Origin: an uncultured Gammaproteobacteria bacterium
Lineage (GTDB): Bacteria > Patescibacteriota > Patescibacteriia > Patescibacteriales > GWC2-42-12
Direction of reading: 5' to 3'
Assembly (NCBI GenBank): GCA_964560005.1
Contig: CAZLKB010000002.1
Location: 192,381 to 256,380, forward strand
Length of the DNA stretch: 64,000 bases
This document shows, piece after piece, positions 16,703 to 26,104 of the stretch; positions within the stretch are counted from its first letter, which is position 1; each line of letters opens with the position of its first letter. Made by a program: the position numbers and the translations under genes. The notes beneath the pieces are model-generated. The model made no database searches. It was not told where the DNA came from and saw only the letters and a program-made list of their open reading frames with translations.

Positions 16703-16731
16703 TTGACAATAATTTAATAAAATGATATAGT
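16703..16731 (+). promoter_or_regulatory. Consensus-like promoter TTGACA-17-TATAGT at the head of the glycan cluster
   Basis: Hexamers and spacing read directly. Preceded by terminator-like hairpins. Confidence 0.6.
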
Positions 16732-16798
16732 GTTAGGTTAATTAAATAAACAAATTACAGAAATCTAAGCAGATTTCTTAGTAATATAACTTAAATTT

Positions 16799-17557
16799 AT
16801 GGACATGAATAAATTTATCAGCCTCATCAAAACCAAGACTCAGACCATTGCCTCTGTGGTGATTTTATTTTTTGCCGTAACGGCAATCTTTACCTTTTGT
16901 CAGCCGCTGAAATATAATTCCCAATCCAGTGTTTTAGTAGTCCAAAATTTTCCCGTCGGGACTGATCAGTCTTCCATCTCAAAATCCAACGAGTATATCA
17001 GTAATATTTTGGCGAAAGTAGTTTCCTCAAACTTATTTTATAACGACGTGCTTAAGGCCGGCTTCAATATCAATAAAAACTATTTTTCCAAAAAAAATAA
17101 TCTTAATAGCGAAATGGATAATTGGAAAAAGACCGCACAGGCCAAAGCCATCAGCGATACTGGCATAATTGATATTAACATCTACCATCCGGACAAACAG
17201 CAGCTAAGCCAGATCGCCATGGCCGTAAATTTTGTTTTACAAAGCAAGCATAGCCAATATCATGGCTTAGGCAGTAATATTACCATCAAAATAATTGATA
17301 AGCCGATTACTTCTATCTGGCCGGCTCAGCCGAACATTATTTTAAATTTATTATTGGCCGCGGTGGTCGGTCTGATTGTGTCTTTGTATTACATTTATTT
17401 ATTCCAAGACGAGAGTTTCAATTTAAGATTATGGCCGAAGTTAAGCGACCGGAAAATTAAAGAAGATCAAATATTTAATAATCAATTCGCCAACTCAAAT
17501 AACCAGTTTGCCGATCTCATTAATTTAGAGCAAATTGTCCAGGAAAATAAAAATTAA
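16799..17557 (+). CDS. Wzz-like polysaccharide chain-length determinant protein
   Basis: N- and C-terminal TM segments flank a periplasmic-type domain. Sits first in the glycan operon. Confidence 0.45.
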   Translation: MDMNKFISLIKTKTQTIASVVILFFAVTAIFTFCQPLKYNSQSSVLVVQNFPVGTDQSSISKSNEYISNILAKVVSSNLFYNDVLKAGFNINKNYFSKKNNLNSEMDNWKKTAQAKAISDTGIIDINIYHPDKQQLSQIAMAVNFVLQSKHSQYHGLGSNITIKIIDKPITSIWPAQPNIILNLLLAAVVGLIVSLYYIYLFQDESFNLRLWPKLSDRKIKEDQIFNNQFANSNNQFADLINLEQIVQENKN

Positions 17558-17643
17558 ATAGAGGCAAAATTTACGATCACTCGGCTATTGGCCGGCGATA
17601 ATGAGCCCCGACCGATTTAATGTAAGATTGATAATCAAAAAAT

Positions 17644-19032
17644 ATGCCAAATATAGCCTTACTTCAAGCCGTACAGACAAATAAAGGACGTCAGCTGATA
17701 AAAATACTTTTATTGGCTGTTTTGGTTTTATTTTTTCCCTTATTATTAAACATTACCAGCTATTATATAATTTTTGCCGTCTTATTTATATTTTTAGGGT
17801 TGGTTTTTTTTAAGGATAAACTTTATTTTTTTCTGTCTTTATCGGTCCCGGCCTTAGCTTATGGGCAATTTATTTATTTCCCCATTACCGTTAATTGGAT
17901 TTATGAAGCCAGCTTGACCGAAGTTATTATCGTCTTAATTTTTTTGATTTTTATTGTTGATAAATTAATAAACGGCGGGTTTAAAAATATTAAAACTAAC
18001 GGCTTATTATATTTATTATTCGCTTATTTGATGATCGCCCTCGCTTCTTTTTTGAATATCGTTGATTTCCGATTCTATGTCGCCGGCATGAAAGTTATTG
18101 TTTTCAGCTTTTTAGCCTATTTTTTAAGCATCAATTTACTGGACAATAAACAAAAAATTAATTTATTTGTTTATAGTTTGGCCGCGACTGTTTTAATTTT
18201 ATCCTACCAGATTCTCGTTAAGTTTTCCCAGATTGGCTGGTCGGATAAATTCTTTTTTGAGCGCAGTACCATTACCATTACGCTGGGCGCGATAGCCACT
18301 ACCGCCGCTATTCTGGCCTTGATTTTACCTATAGTTTTATCGCTTTATTTTCATTTAGACAATCAAAATAAAATAAAGCCGTGGTTGTTTATCAGTTTTA
18401 CGATCGGCGCTTTAGCCATGTTTTTAACTCTAGGCAAAGCCGCTATCTTCAGTTTAATCGTGGGGCTGGGTTATCTATTCGTTAAGCTTAAAAATAAAAG
18501 AATTATTTTTATCCTGGCAGTTCTGATTTTTATTGTTTTTAGCTTTATCTTTTTCACTTCGTTTTTTAGCGGTTTAATTGAAAGAATCAGCTATACTTTC
18601 GTTGATGCCAACAGCAAATTCAGAATACTTGAATATCAAACCGGCTGGGAAATTATTAAAGATCATTTTTGGTTTGGCGTCGGGGCCGGCCAGCAAATAT
18701 TATATTTTAAAAAGATATTGAATTTTAATACGGCTCAGCTGGTTAATAATTTTTTTCTCCAAGCTTGGATTGATTTTGGAATAATCGGTTTAGCCATGGT
18801 TATATTCATATTCGGCAATGTTTTTAACAGAATCGTTAATTTTTCCAAAAGCATAAAACCAAAAGGGCTGGTATTGGCCTTCGGTTTTATTTCCGCCATG
18901 ATTGTCAGCCTAATAAATGGGTTAGCCGAAGTCACCTTTTTCGCCTTGCCTTACGCAATCATTTTTTGGATGATTGCAGGAATATTTTATAATTTAGAAA
19001 AATATGAATTTCATCTCGGCAATAATAATTAA
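17644..19032 (+). CDS. O-antigen ligase/polymerase-like (Wzy_C-type) polytopic membrane protein
   Basis: At least 10 TM helices with a large loop, in a glycan cluster. Confidence 0.5.
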   Translation: MPNIALLQAVQTNKGRQLIKILLLAVLVLFFPLLLNITSYYIIFAVLFIFLGLVFFKDKLYFFLSLSVPALAYGQFIYFPITVNWIYEASLTEVIIVLIFLIFIVDKLINGGFKNIKTNGLLYLLFAYLMIALASFLNIVDFRFYVAGMKVIVFSFLAYFLSINLLDNKQKINLFVYSLAATVLILSYQILVKFSQIGWSDKFFFERSTITITLGAIATTAAILALILPIVLSLYFHLDNQNKIKPWLFISFTIGALAMFLTLGKAAIFSLIVGLGYLFVKLKNKRIIFILAVLIFIVFSFIFFTSFFSGLIERISYTFVDANSKFRILEYQTGWEIIKDHFWFGVGAGQQILYFKKILNFNTAQLVNNFFLQAWIDFGIIGLAMVIFIFGNVFNRIVNFSKSIKPKGLVLAFGFISAMIVSLINGLAEVTFFALPYAIIFWMIAGIFYNLEKYEFHLGNNN

Positions 19033-19831
19033 TTATAATACGCCGGTCATGACGCAAAAGGCGATCAACCGATTTATAAACCAGGCTGAAGGTTTTGACT
19101 ATGAAATTATTTTAATTGATAATAATTCTAGGGAAAAAATCGCCGTCTCGGCTTTAAAAAATAAAAAAATAAAATTTATCCAAAATAAAGAAAATATCGG
19201 TTTCGCTAAAGCGGTTAATCAGGGAATAAGGGCAGCGCTGGGAAATTATATTTTACTTTTAAACTCCGATGCCTTGGTTGAAGAAAATACCGTTAAAAAA
19301 ATGCTGGAACATTTAATTAGCGATAATCAAGCCGGTATTATCGGGCCTAAATTTATTTATGCCAACGGACAAAATCAAGTCAGTTCAGGAAGATTTCCGA
19401 ATTTTTGGGGTGAATTTTTCCGCTTATCAATGCTTCATAGAATTCTGCCTTTTAGCGCCTATAATAAAAATTTTTATAGTATCAAATCGTTAGACTGGGT
19501 CAGTGGCGGCTGTATGCTGATAAAGCGCGAAGTTATTAACCAAATAGGTTTGTTTGACGAGAATTATTTTTTTAGCGGCGAAGACATGGATTTTTGCCTG
19601 CGCGCCAAAGAACGAGGCTGGCAAGTGGTTTATTATCCTTTAGTTAAAATTATTCATTATTATAATTTTTCTTCTGGAGGCCGAAAATCAACCCGGGCGA
19701 TAGAATTGGAAAGAAACGGCTTTAACTATTATTTTAAAAAAAATTATTCTGAAAAAATAGTTTCGAGGTGGTTAATTTGGCAAATGCATAATTTAAAAAT
19801 ATTAGCTTTGAATTTATTGGGTTATAAGTAA
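19004..19831 (+). CDS. Glycosyltransferase family 2
   Basis: ISAIIINYN...IILIDNNS...GFAKAVNQG...LLLNSDA, plus a DxD-like GEDMDF. Confidence 0.9.
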   Translation: MNFISAIIINYNTPVMTQKAINRFINQAEGFDYEIILIDNNSREKIAVSALKNKKIKFIQNKENIGFAKAVNQGIRAALGNYILLLNSDALVEENTVKKMLEHLISDNQAGIIGPKFIYANGQNQVSSGRFPNFWGEFFRLSMLHRILPFSAYNKNFYSIKSLDWVSGGCMLIKREVINQIGLFDENYFFSGEDMDFCLRAKERGWQVVYYPLVKIIHYYNFSSGGRKSTRAIELERNGFNYYFKKNYSEKIVSRWLIWQMHNLKILALNLLGYK

Positions 19832-19846
19832 TTCCTTGCTTGATTA

Positions 19847-20015
19847 TTGCCGACTTAAGATATTTGTATTTCGCTGCAGGATAAAATTTGGGTATTTTTT
19901 CTTAAAATTATTCAATTGGGTAAAGACCGAAGCAGTTAGCGGTGAAATTGAATAATTTTAAGAAAAAATTACTACAATTTCATATTTGCTTAAAACAAAC
20001 ATCTTTAGTCGGCAA
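19847..20015. repeat. Compound long hairpin, homologous to 47349-47485
   Basis: Outer arms 19847-19867/19995-20015. Perfect 23-bp inner stem 19895-19917/19946-19968 around a 28-nt GC-richer loop. Confidence 0.85.
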
Positions 20016-20044
20016 GCCTAGCTTAAATTAAGAAAAAATATAAT

Positions 20045-21037
20045 ATGAAAAAGTATCTAGTCAAAGACGCTACCATAGCGGTCACCTATAGATGCAATTC
20101 GCGCTGCCGAATGTGCAATATTTGGCAAATTAAAAATCCCGGCGATTTGCCTTTAAAGTATTTTTATAATTTAAGCGGGAAGCTTAAATACATTAATCTT
20201 ACCGGAGGCGAACCATTTTTAAGGCCGGATTTGCCCGAGATTGTCCGAATAATAAAAAAAGTAAGCCCGAAAGCTCAAATAATCATTTCTTCTAACGGCT
20301 TGGCCACCGATTTGATTGTTAAACAAGTGGAAAAAATTATACAAATTGACGACAGCATCGGTTTGAGAATTTCTCTTGACGGCATTGGCGAGGTTCATGA
20401 TAAAATCCGCGGTTTAACAAATTTTTACAATCAGGCGATAAAAACAGTTCAAGCGCTTAAGGGATTAGGCGTGAAAAATTTGGGGTTTAGTTTTACGATT
20501 ATGGATTTTAACACCGATCAGATGAAGGCGGTATATGATTTATCCAAAAAAATGAATCTGGAATTGGCTTTAGCTTTGGTGCAGAACTCAGAGGTCTATT
20601 TCAAGAAGAACGACAACGAAATAAGACGAATTGATTTAGTGGCAGATAATTTAAATTATATTATTAGTCAAGAATTAAAAAGCTTTAAGGTTAAGCGCTG
20701 GTTCAGGGCATATTACGATTATGGTTTATGGTATTACGCCAAGCATAAAGAACGCCTGCTAAAAAGCGGCGCAGGTTTAGATTCTTGCTTTATCGATCCT
20801 CAAGGCGATATTTATCCGAGCAATTTAATAAAATTGCGCTTCGGCAATTTGGGCGAAGCCCCACTTTTAAAAATCTGGAATTCCGAAGAAGCCAGGCGAA
20901 TGAGGCGAGAGATAAAAGAAAAAAATATTAAAGAAAGCTGGATTATTTGCACTATCAGAGGAGAAATGAAAAAACATTTACTGAAAATCGGTTATTGGAT
21001 TATTAGAAATAAATTTATCAAAAGATATGTTCAATAA
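20045..21037 (+). CDS. Radical SAM protein (twitch/SPASM-like C-terminus)
   Basis: CNSRCRMCNIW (CxxxCxxC) and GGEPFL motifs. Confidence 0.85.
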   Translation: MKKYLVKDATIAVTYRCNSRCRMCNIWQIKNPGDLPLKYFYNLSGKLKYINLTGGEPFLRPDLPEIVRIIKKVSPKAQIIISSNGLATDLIVKQVEKIIQIDDSIGLRISLDGIGEVHDKIRGLTNFYNQAIKTVQALKGLGVKNLGFSFTIMDFNTDQMKAVYDLSKKMNLELALALVQNSEVYFKKNDNEIRRIDLVADNLNYIISQELKSFKVKRWFRAYYDYGLWYYAKHKERLLKSGAGLDSCFIDPQGDIYPSNLIKLRFGNLGEAPLLKIWNSEEARRMRREIKEKNIKESWIICTIRGEMKKHLLKIGYWIIRNKFIKRYVQ

Positions 21038-22130
21038 AGTAAAAATAAAAAAATACAGTAAAATCGCTTACGCTAAAATAACCAACAGCTTGATTGGCAG
21101 TTTTTATATTAAAACTAATTTATTTACGCCCAAACCGGCAAAATTATATTATTTAATAACCAATAAATGCAATTTTCATTGCCAGATGTGCCCGCAATGG
21201 AAGACCGGACAGGGAGAAAAAGAGGAAGAATATATCGGCGAAGACAGAATAAAGGAAATAATTAAACAGATGGCCGAATTAAGAATTTTTGAATTCGGCA
21301 TTTCCGGCGGCGAGCCGCTGATTTATCAGGACAAAGTATTAAGGCTGTTAAAATTCGCCAACCAACGCGGCCTGTATACTCATTTCACGACTAACGGCAG
21401 CTTATTAACCGAAGAATTCCTGAAAGAATATGATAATTGCGGCGGCGGGCATGTTTCCTTGTCCCTGGATGCAATAGGCGAAAAGCATGACGAATTGCGC
21501 GGCTATAATGGCGCGTCGGCCGGAGTTATAAAAGCTATTGACATAATTAAGAAAAATAAATTTAAAAATCTAGTCTTAAAGATAAATATCACTTTAACCA
21601 ATAGAAACCTGAACCAGGTGATGGGAATATTATCATTAGCCAAAGAGGTTGGAGCCGTTGCTTTTATCCAGCCGCTTGATGTTTATGATTTTAAAAGCCG
21701 CCACATAAATAATTGGCAGGAAAAAAATCCGCTCTGGATTAAAAAAGAAAATTACGGAAAATTAACCGAGCTGATAAAAGAATTGGTTGATTTTAAGAAT
21801 AATAATCCGGCCGTACTATTGAATAATTCCGAGCATTTGAAAAGCTTTTACGATTATTTTACCAAAGACAGTTTTTATACCGTTTGCACCGCCCCCCTGG
21901 ACCAGATAACCATCAATCCTTTCGGCGAGATTATTTTATGCAAGTTCGGTAAAATCGCCAGTTTAAAAAATACCGGCTTAAAAGATTATATTTACAGCGA
22001 CCAAAGGAAAAATATAATGCAGGCCGCTTTAAAATGCCGGCAGGGCTGTCTGCTCGGTTGCATGTTTAAAGCTAAAATAACAGATCTAATTATGAATGGA
22101 CCGAAACAATTTATAAAATTAATTAGATGA
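21027..22130 (+). CDS. Radical SAM protein with a SPASM-like Cys-rich C-terminus
   Basis: CNFHCQMCPQW, SGGEPL, and C-terminal C...C...CRQGCLLGC. Confidence 0.85.
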   Translation: MFNKVKIKKYSKIAYAKITNSLIGSFYIKTNLFTPKPAKLYYLITNKCNFHCQMCPQWKTGQGEKEEEYIGEDRIKEIIKQMAELRIFEFGISGGEPLIYQDKVLRLLKFANQRGLYTHFTTNGSLLTEEFLKEYDNCGGGHVSLSLDAIGEKHDELRGYNGASAGVIKAIDIIKKNKFKNLVLKINITLTNRNLNQVMGILSLAKEVGAVAFIQPLDVYDFKSRHINNWQEKNPLWIKKENYGKLTELIKELVDFKNNNPAVLLNNSEHLKSFYDYFTKDSFYTVCTAPLDQITINPFGEIILCKFGKIASLKNTGLKDYIYSDQRKNIMQAALKCRQGCLLGCMFKAKITDLIMNGPKQFIKLIR

Positions 22131-23353
22131 CTGCCAAATTAAAAATATTACAAATTAATAAATTTTATTATTTGCGCGGCGGTTCAGAGCGTTATCTTTT
22201 TGAGCTGGAAAAAATTTTAAAACAGGCCGGCCACGAGGCGGTTCCTTTCTCTATGAAGGACGAAAGAAATCAGCCGTCGCCTTATCAAAAATATTTTATC
22301 GAGCCGATGAATTTGCATCGCTTTAGTTTAAAAAATATTTTCAAGATTTTTTATAATTGGGAAGCGGCGTGCAATCTGGAAAAATTAATCAAAAAAGAAA
22401 AACCGGATTTAGCGCATTTGCACAATATTAATTATCAAATTAGTCCGGCAGTTATCCGAATATTAAAACGGCACGGTATTCCCATTATTATGACGCTTCA
22501 CGATTATAATATTATTTGCCCCAATGACAAACTTTTTACCCGAGGCAGTCAATGCGAACGTTGCCGGACCGGCGGGTATTATCATTGTTTATTAAATAAA
22601 TGCTCGCATAATTCAGCCGGCCAAAGCTTTCTGGCCATGCTGGAAGCTTACTTTAATAACCGTTTTTTAAAAATTTACGAACAGGTAGATTTATTTATCG
22701 CTCCCAGCCGAGCCATGAAAGAGTCTTGCGTAAAATTTGGCCTGCCAAAAGATAAAATTATCGATTTATGCTACCCGATTGATATAAATAATGAACCTGC
22801 GGCGGATTTAGGCAGAGCAAATTATGTATTATATTTTGGCCGATTATCTTCGGAAAAGGGAATTGGCGTTTTGTTGGAGGCAATGGCAAAAGTTAATGAT
22901 AAAATCAATTTAAAATTGGCCGGCGCCGGGCCTGATTATCAAAAATTAGAAGATAAAAATAAAAAATTAAATCTGTCCGGCAGGGTAAAATTTTTAGGAC
23001 CTAAATATGGCAATGAATTATCGGTTTTAATAAAAGGGGCATTAGCTATTATAGTACCATCGGTTTGGCCGGAAAATATGCCTTACAGCATGTTAGAATC
23101 GTTAGCTATGGGGAAAATTGTAATTGCCAGCCGTATGGGCGGCTTAAGCGAGATGATAAAAGACGGGGATAACGGCTTTTTATTTAAAAGCGGAAATAGC
23201 GATGAATTGGCAAAAAAAATTAACCTGGCTGTGATTAGAAATGAGATTATAAAAACCATGGAAGAAAAAGCAAAAAACAGTTTGGTTGGACTGGATAGCA
23301 GAAAACACGGTGAAAAGATTATGGCGTTATATAAGAAAATATTAAAATCATAA
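22127..23353 (+). CDS. Glycosyltransferase family 4 (GT-B)
   Basis: GGSERY N-terminus. C-terminal PS.WPENMPYSMLESLAMGK...GG..E E-x7-E region. ATGA start-stop overlap with the upstream gene. Confidence 0.85.
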   Translation: MTAKLKILQINKFYYLRGGSERYLFELEKILKQAGHEAVPFSMKDERNQPSPYQKYFIEPMNLHRFSLKNIFKIFYNWEAACNLEKLIKKEKPDLAHLHNINYQISPAVIRILKRHGIPIIMTLHDYNIICPNDKLFTRGSQCERCRTGGYYHCLLNKCSHNSAGQSFLAMLEAYFNNRFLKIYEQVDLFIAPSRAMKESCVKFGLPKDKIIDLCYPIDINNEPAADLGRANYVLYFGRLSSEKGIGVLLEAMAKVNDKINLKLAGAGPDYQKLEDKNKKLNLSGRVKFLGPKYGNELSVLIKGALAIIVPSVWPENMPYSMLESLAMGKIVIASRMGGLSEMIKDGDNGFLFKSGNSDELAKKINLAVIRNEIIKTMEEKAKNSLVGLDSRKHGEKIMALYKKILKS

Positions 23354-23404
23354 ATTTGAGCAAAAAGATATTATTTAATTAAAAGCCAGCGTTAAAATAT
23401 TTTT

Positions 23405-23433
23405 TTGACATTGATTAAATTGTATGATATAAA
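23405..23433 (+). promoter_or_regulatory. Consensus-like promoter TTGACA-17-TATAAA
   Basis: Hexamers and spacing read directly. Lies upstream of the hairpin and the GC-rich gene. Confidence 0.55.
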
Positions 23434-23461
23434 GAAAAGTTAATATCGTACATTAAAAAAA

Positions 23462-23534
23462 TTGCGAATTATCGCGGTTTTCAGGTAATTTATAAAAGAA
23501 GGCTTGAATTACTTGAAAACCGCGGTAATCGCAA
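23462..23534. repeat. Long imperfect hairpin in the 5' region of GC-rich cassette 1
   Basis: TTGCGAATTATCGCGGTTTTCAGGTAATT vs AATTACTTGAAAACCGCGGTAATCGCAA (about 26 of 29 paired). Confidence 0.8.
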
Positions 23535-23680
23535 GAAACGATTGGCTGCGGTTACTACCGCCTACGTTTCTTCCTTTGCTTCCTTCAGTGCTGCAGCATT
23601 GACGGATAATAAAGTATGGGAAGCTGAAAGCTTCGGCGGATAGATAGACGGTAAAAACAGTAAAAAAAGAAAGAGAAAAA

Positions 23681-24523
23681 ATGAAAAAAACATTAATAAT
23701 GGTCGCGCTGGCGTTAGGCCTTATCGCGACAAGTACGTTCGGTCAGACTTTAGTCTGCACTGAAAGGAGAGTAGATGGAACCACTAACAATTGGTATACC
23801 AGCGAAGGGCGCATGGTAGTTTTCGACGGACAAAGCCGTCTTGCCTGCGACTTCCGCCGCTTGCCCGGCGAACCAGCCGGAACCATACCGATAGTTTATT
23901 TCTATCTCACCATCGGCGGTAGTCCGACCAGCGACAGCTTCGCCGGCACCGGCGAGTTCACCTTCCCGCCCCAGGCGGATGGCGTGGAAATCCAGGTCCA
24001 TTACCAGAAGGCTGGTGACGACTGGGATGTGGGCACAACCGCCCATTACGCAGGCAGCCAGGTGGCCTACTGCCCGAACATGGTAGTACCGAAGGGGTAC
24101 ATGATTAGCTTTGTGGTCCGGGTGGCAGTCGCCGACTGGGTGCCTGACGGCACGCCGATAAACGTTGAACTCAGGAACCTGTCCGGACTGTACGGGGTGA
24201 CTTTGGGGGAAATTCCTGAATTTCAGATTTCACCCAATACCGGTCCGTGGCGGATGACCTGGTGGAAGCGCCCGGTAATTAAGGGGATATATAAGTCGGG
24301 GCTGGATAAATACGCCCTGCACGTCGGGTCGCCTCCGCATTATTGGAGTTCAGACTGGTCTTTGGAGGCCAGCCCGGACCTAAAGAGCTGGGCGCGAGTT
24401 ACTTCGCACCTTGTTCCGGCGCCGGAAGACATATATCCGGTGGTCAACCCCAGGAAGCTGGAGGTGCTGGTCAATCCAGACGCCAACAAGCAGTTTTTCA
24501 GGTTCGTGTTCACGAAACACTAA
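23681..24523 (+). CDS. Secreted hypothetical protein encoded by a GC-rich island (280 aa)
   Basis: Sec signal MKKTLIMVALALGLIATSTFGQ. Composition is markedly GC-richer than the flanks. C-terminal tail ...KQFFRFVFTKH resembles the tail of 27447-28880. Confidence 0.75.
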   Translation: MKKTLIMVALALGLIATSTFGQTLVCTERRVDGTTNNWYTSEGRMVVFDGQSRLACDFRRLPGEPAGTIPIVYFYLTIGGSPTSDSFAGTGEFTFPPQADGVEIQVHYQKAGDDWDVGTTAHYAGSQVAYCPNMVVPKGYMISFVVRVAVADWVPDGTPINVELRNLSGLYGVTLGEIPEFQISPNTGPWRMTWWKRPVIKGIYKSGLDKYALHVGSPPHYWSSDWSLEASPDLKSWARVTSHLVPAPEDIYPVVNPRKLEVLVNPDANKQFFRFVFTKH

Positions 24524-24538
24524 CCTACCGATAAACTC

Positions 24539-24576
24539 AAAGCCGCTTTTGACAAAGTTAAGAGCGGCTCTTTTTT
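24539..24576 (+). terminator. Intrinsic terminator of GC-rich cassette 1
   Basis: AAGCCGCT...AGCGGCTC stem followed by TTTTTT. Confidence 0.75.
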
Positions 24577-24807
24577 ATATTAGGCTGTAATCTTACTAGT
24601 TAATATTTATCTAAAATTAGCCAGAATATATTATAATAAAAAATTATAAAAAATAATGAAAATAAACGTAATGTCATGATTTTTATTTTAATATTAGCCA
24701 AATTATCTACTAATATTATAAAGAATGATCAGTTTAACCATTGACGTATATAATTATTCATGATAGAATAATCAGTTAATTTAAACTTTAATCAGTAAAT
24801 ATAAATT

Positions 24808-26082
24808 ATGAAAATCAAGTCATTTATTTTTACCGTATTGTTAATAATTATTCCGTTGTTATCAATATCTAAAGCTAACAGCAAAACCGCGATTTATTAT
24901 CTTGGCGACGCGATTATTTATAATGGCCGGGTCGTTATCGGTTCAACCAATATGGGCGGCGGTTTAGAATTATTAAAATTGGAAGGCAATAAAATAATTA
25001 AAACCTCTCAAATCGGCTGGGTCGGATCGCTTTTTTCCAACTCAAATCAGTTTTATGGTTTTACTTTCAGCGAGGAGCAGGGAAAATTATATGCTTACTT
25101 GGTTGACGGCCGGTATTTATATAAATACGACATTTCAAATTTGTCCGCGCCGAATCTGATTTTTAAAATCAGGGATAATGCCTGGGATTATTTCATGGGT
25201 GTAGATAAACAGGATCAGGTAATCATAACCATCGGTATTAAAGGGATCAAGGTTTGGAATTTAGCCGGCCAGATTATCAATTCGTATAATCTAACCGACA
25301 AATATGCCTATAACGTCAACTATCAGTCCGGCAATTATATAATTACTGCCGCCACCGACCGATTAAAGTTTTTCGATAAGAGTTCCAGGCAATTCACCAA
25401 AGAAATTCCTTTTGTCTTGGGCGAGATTCATAACCGAAAGACTTTTGTCGATCAGGCGAATCAGGCGGTTTATTTGGTTGATGACGAATCTTTAAAAAAG
25501 TTCGATTACAACGGCGAGCAGAAAAATATTTTTAAGCATATTTCCAACCGGGGCTATGATGTTGCCGGGTTCGCGGACCAGAATCATTTGTATTTTACCG
25601 ACGGCCTGGGCATAGTGAAATTTTCCAAAGACAACTTAAAGCCGATGAAATGGGCTTACACCACCGACCTAGGAGTGAAAAACGGCTGGGCTATGGGATT
25701 AAAAGTTTTAAGAGACAGCAGCGGAGAGAAAATAGTGATTTTCAATAACAGTTCTATTTTAGTGCTTAATCAGGATTTAAAAATGATCAGCCATATCGCG
25801 GCCGATACTATAGATAGCCAGCCGCAAGAAAATTTATTTTTACGTTTAAGCAGTAATCAAGCGGCTACGGGATCAGCGGTTACTTTAAGCGGCGGCGGTT
25901 ATGCGGCTGGTGAAGATTTAACCATTACTTTAGCGGGACAAAATTATAGCGTTAAAACTGCAGCTAACGGCAGATTTACTTTAAATATCGCCGTACCGGC
26001 GGTAAAGCCGATGAAAACCGACATTAAGGTCGTCGGAGCACTTTCCGGCTTAAGTTATAGCATCGGTTTTGAAATCCAATAA
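24808..26082 (+). CDS. Secreted hypothetical protein (beta-propeller-like with a C-terminal Ig-like segment)
   Basis: Signal/TM at the N-terminus and beta-rich repeats. No firm family assignment. Confidence 0.6.
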   Translation: MKIKSFIFTVLLIIIPLLSISKANSKTAIYYLGDAIIYNGRVVIGSTNMGGGLELLKLEGNKIIKTSQIGWVGSLFSNSNQFYGFTFSEEQGKLYAYLVDGRYLYKYDISNLSAPNLIFKIRDNAWDYFMGVDKQDQVIITIGIKGIKVWNLAGQIINSYNLTDKYAYNVNYQSGNYIITAATDRLKFFDKSSRQFTKEIPFVLGEIHNRKTFVDQANQAVYLVDDESLKKFDYNGEQKNIFKHISNRGYDVAGFADQNHLYFTDGLGIVKFSKDNLKPMKWAYTTDLGVKNGWAMGLKVLRDSSGEKIVIFNNSSILVLNQDLKMISHIAADTIDSQPQENLFLRLSSNQAATGSAVTLSGGGYAAGEDLTITLAGQNYSVKTAANGRFTLNIAVPAVKPMKTDIKVVGALSGLSYSIGFEIQ

Positions 26083-26104
26083 ATCAGCTAGAAATAAATA
26101 TATT

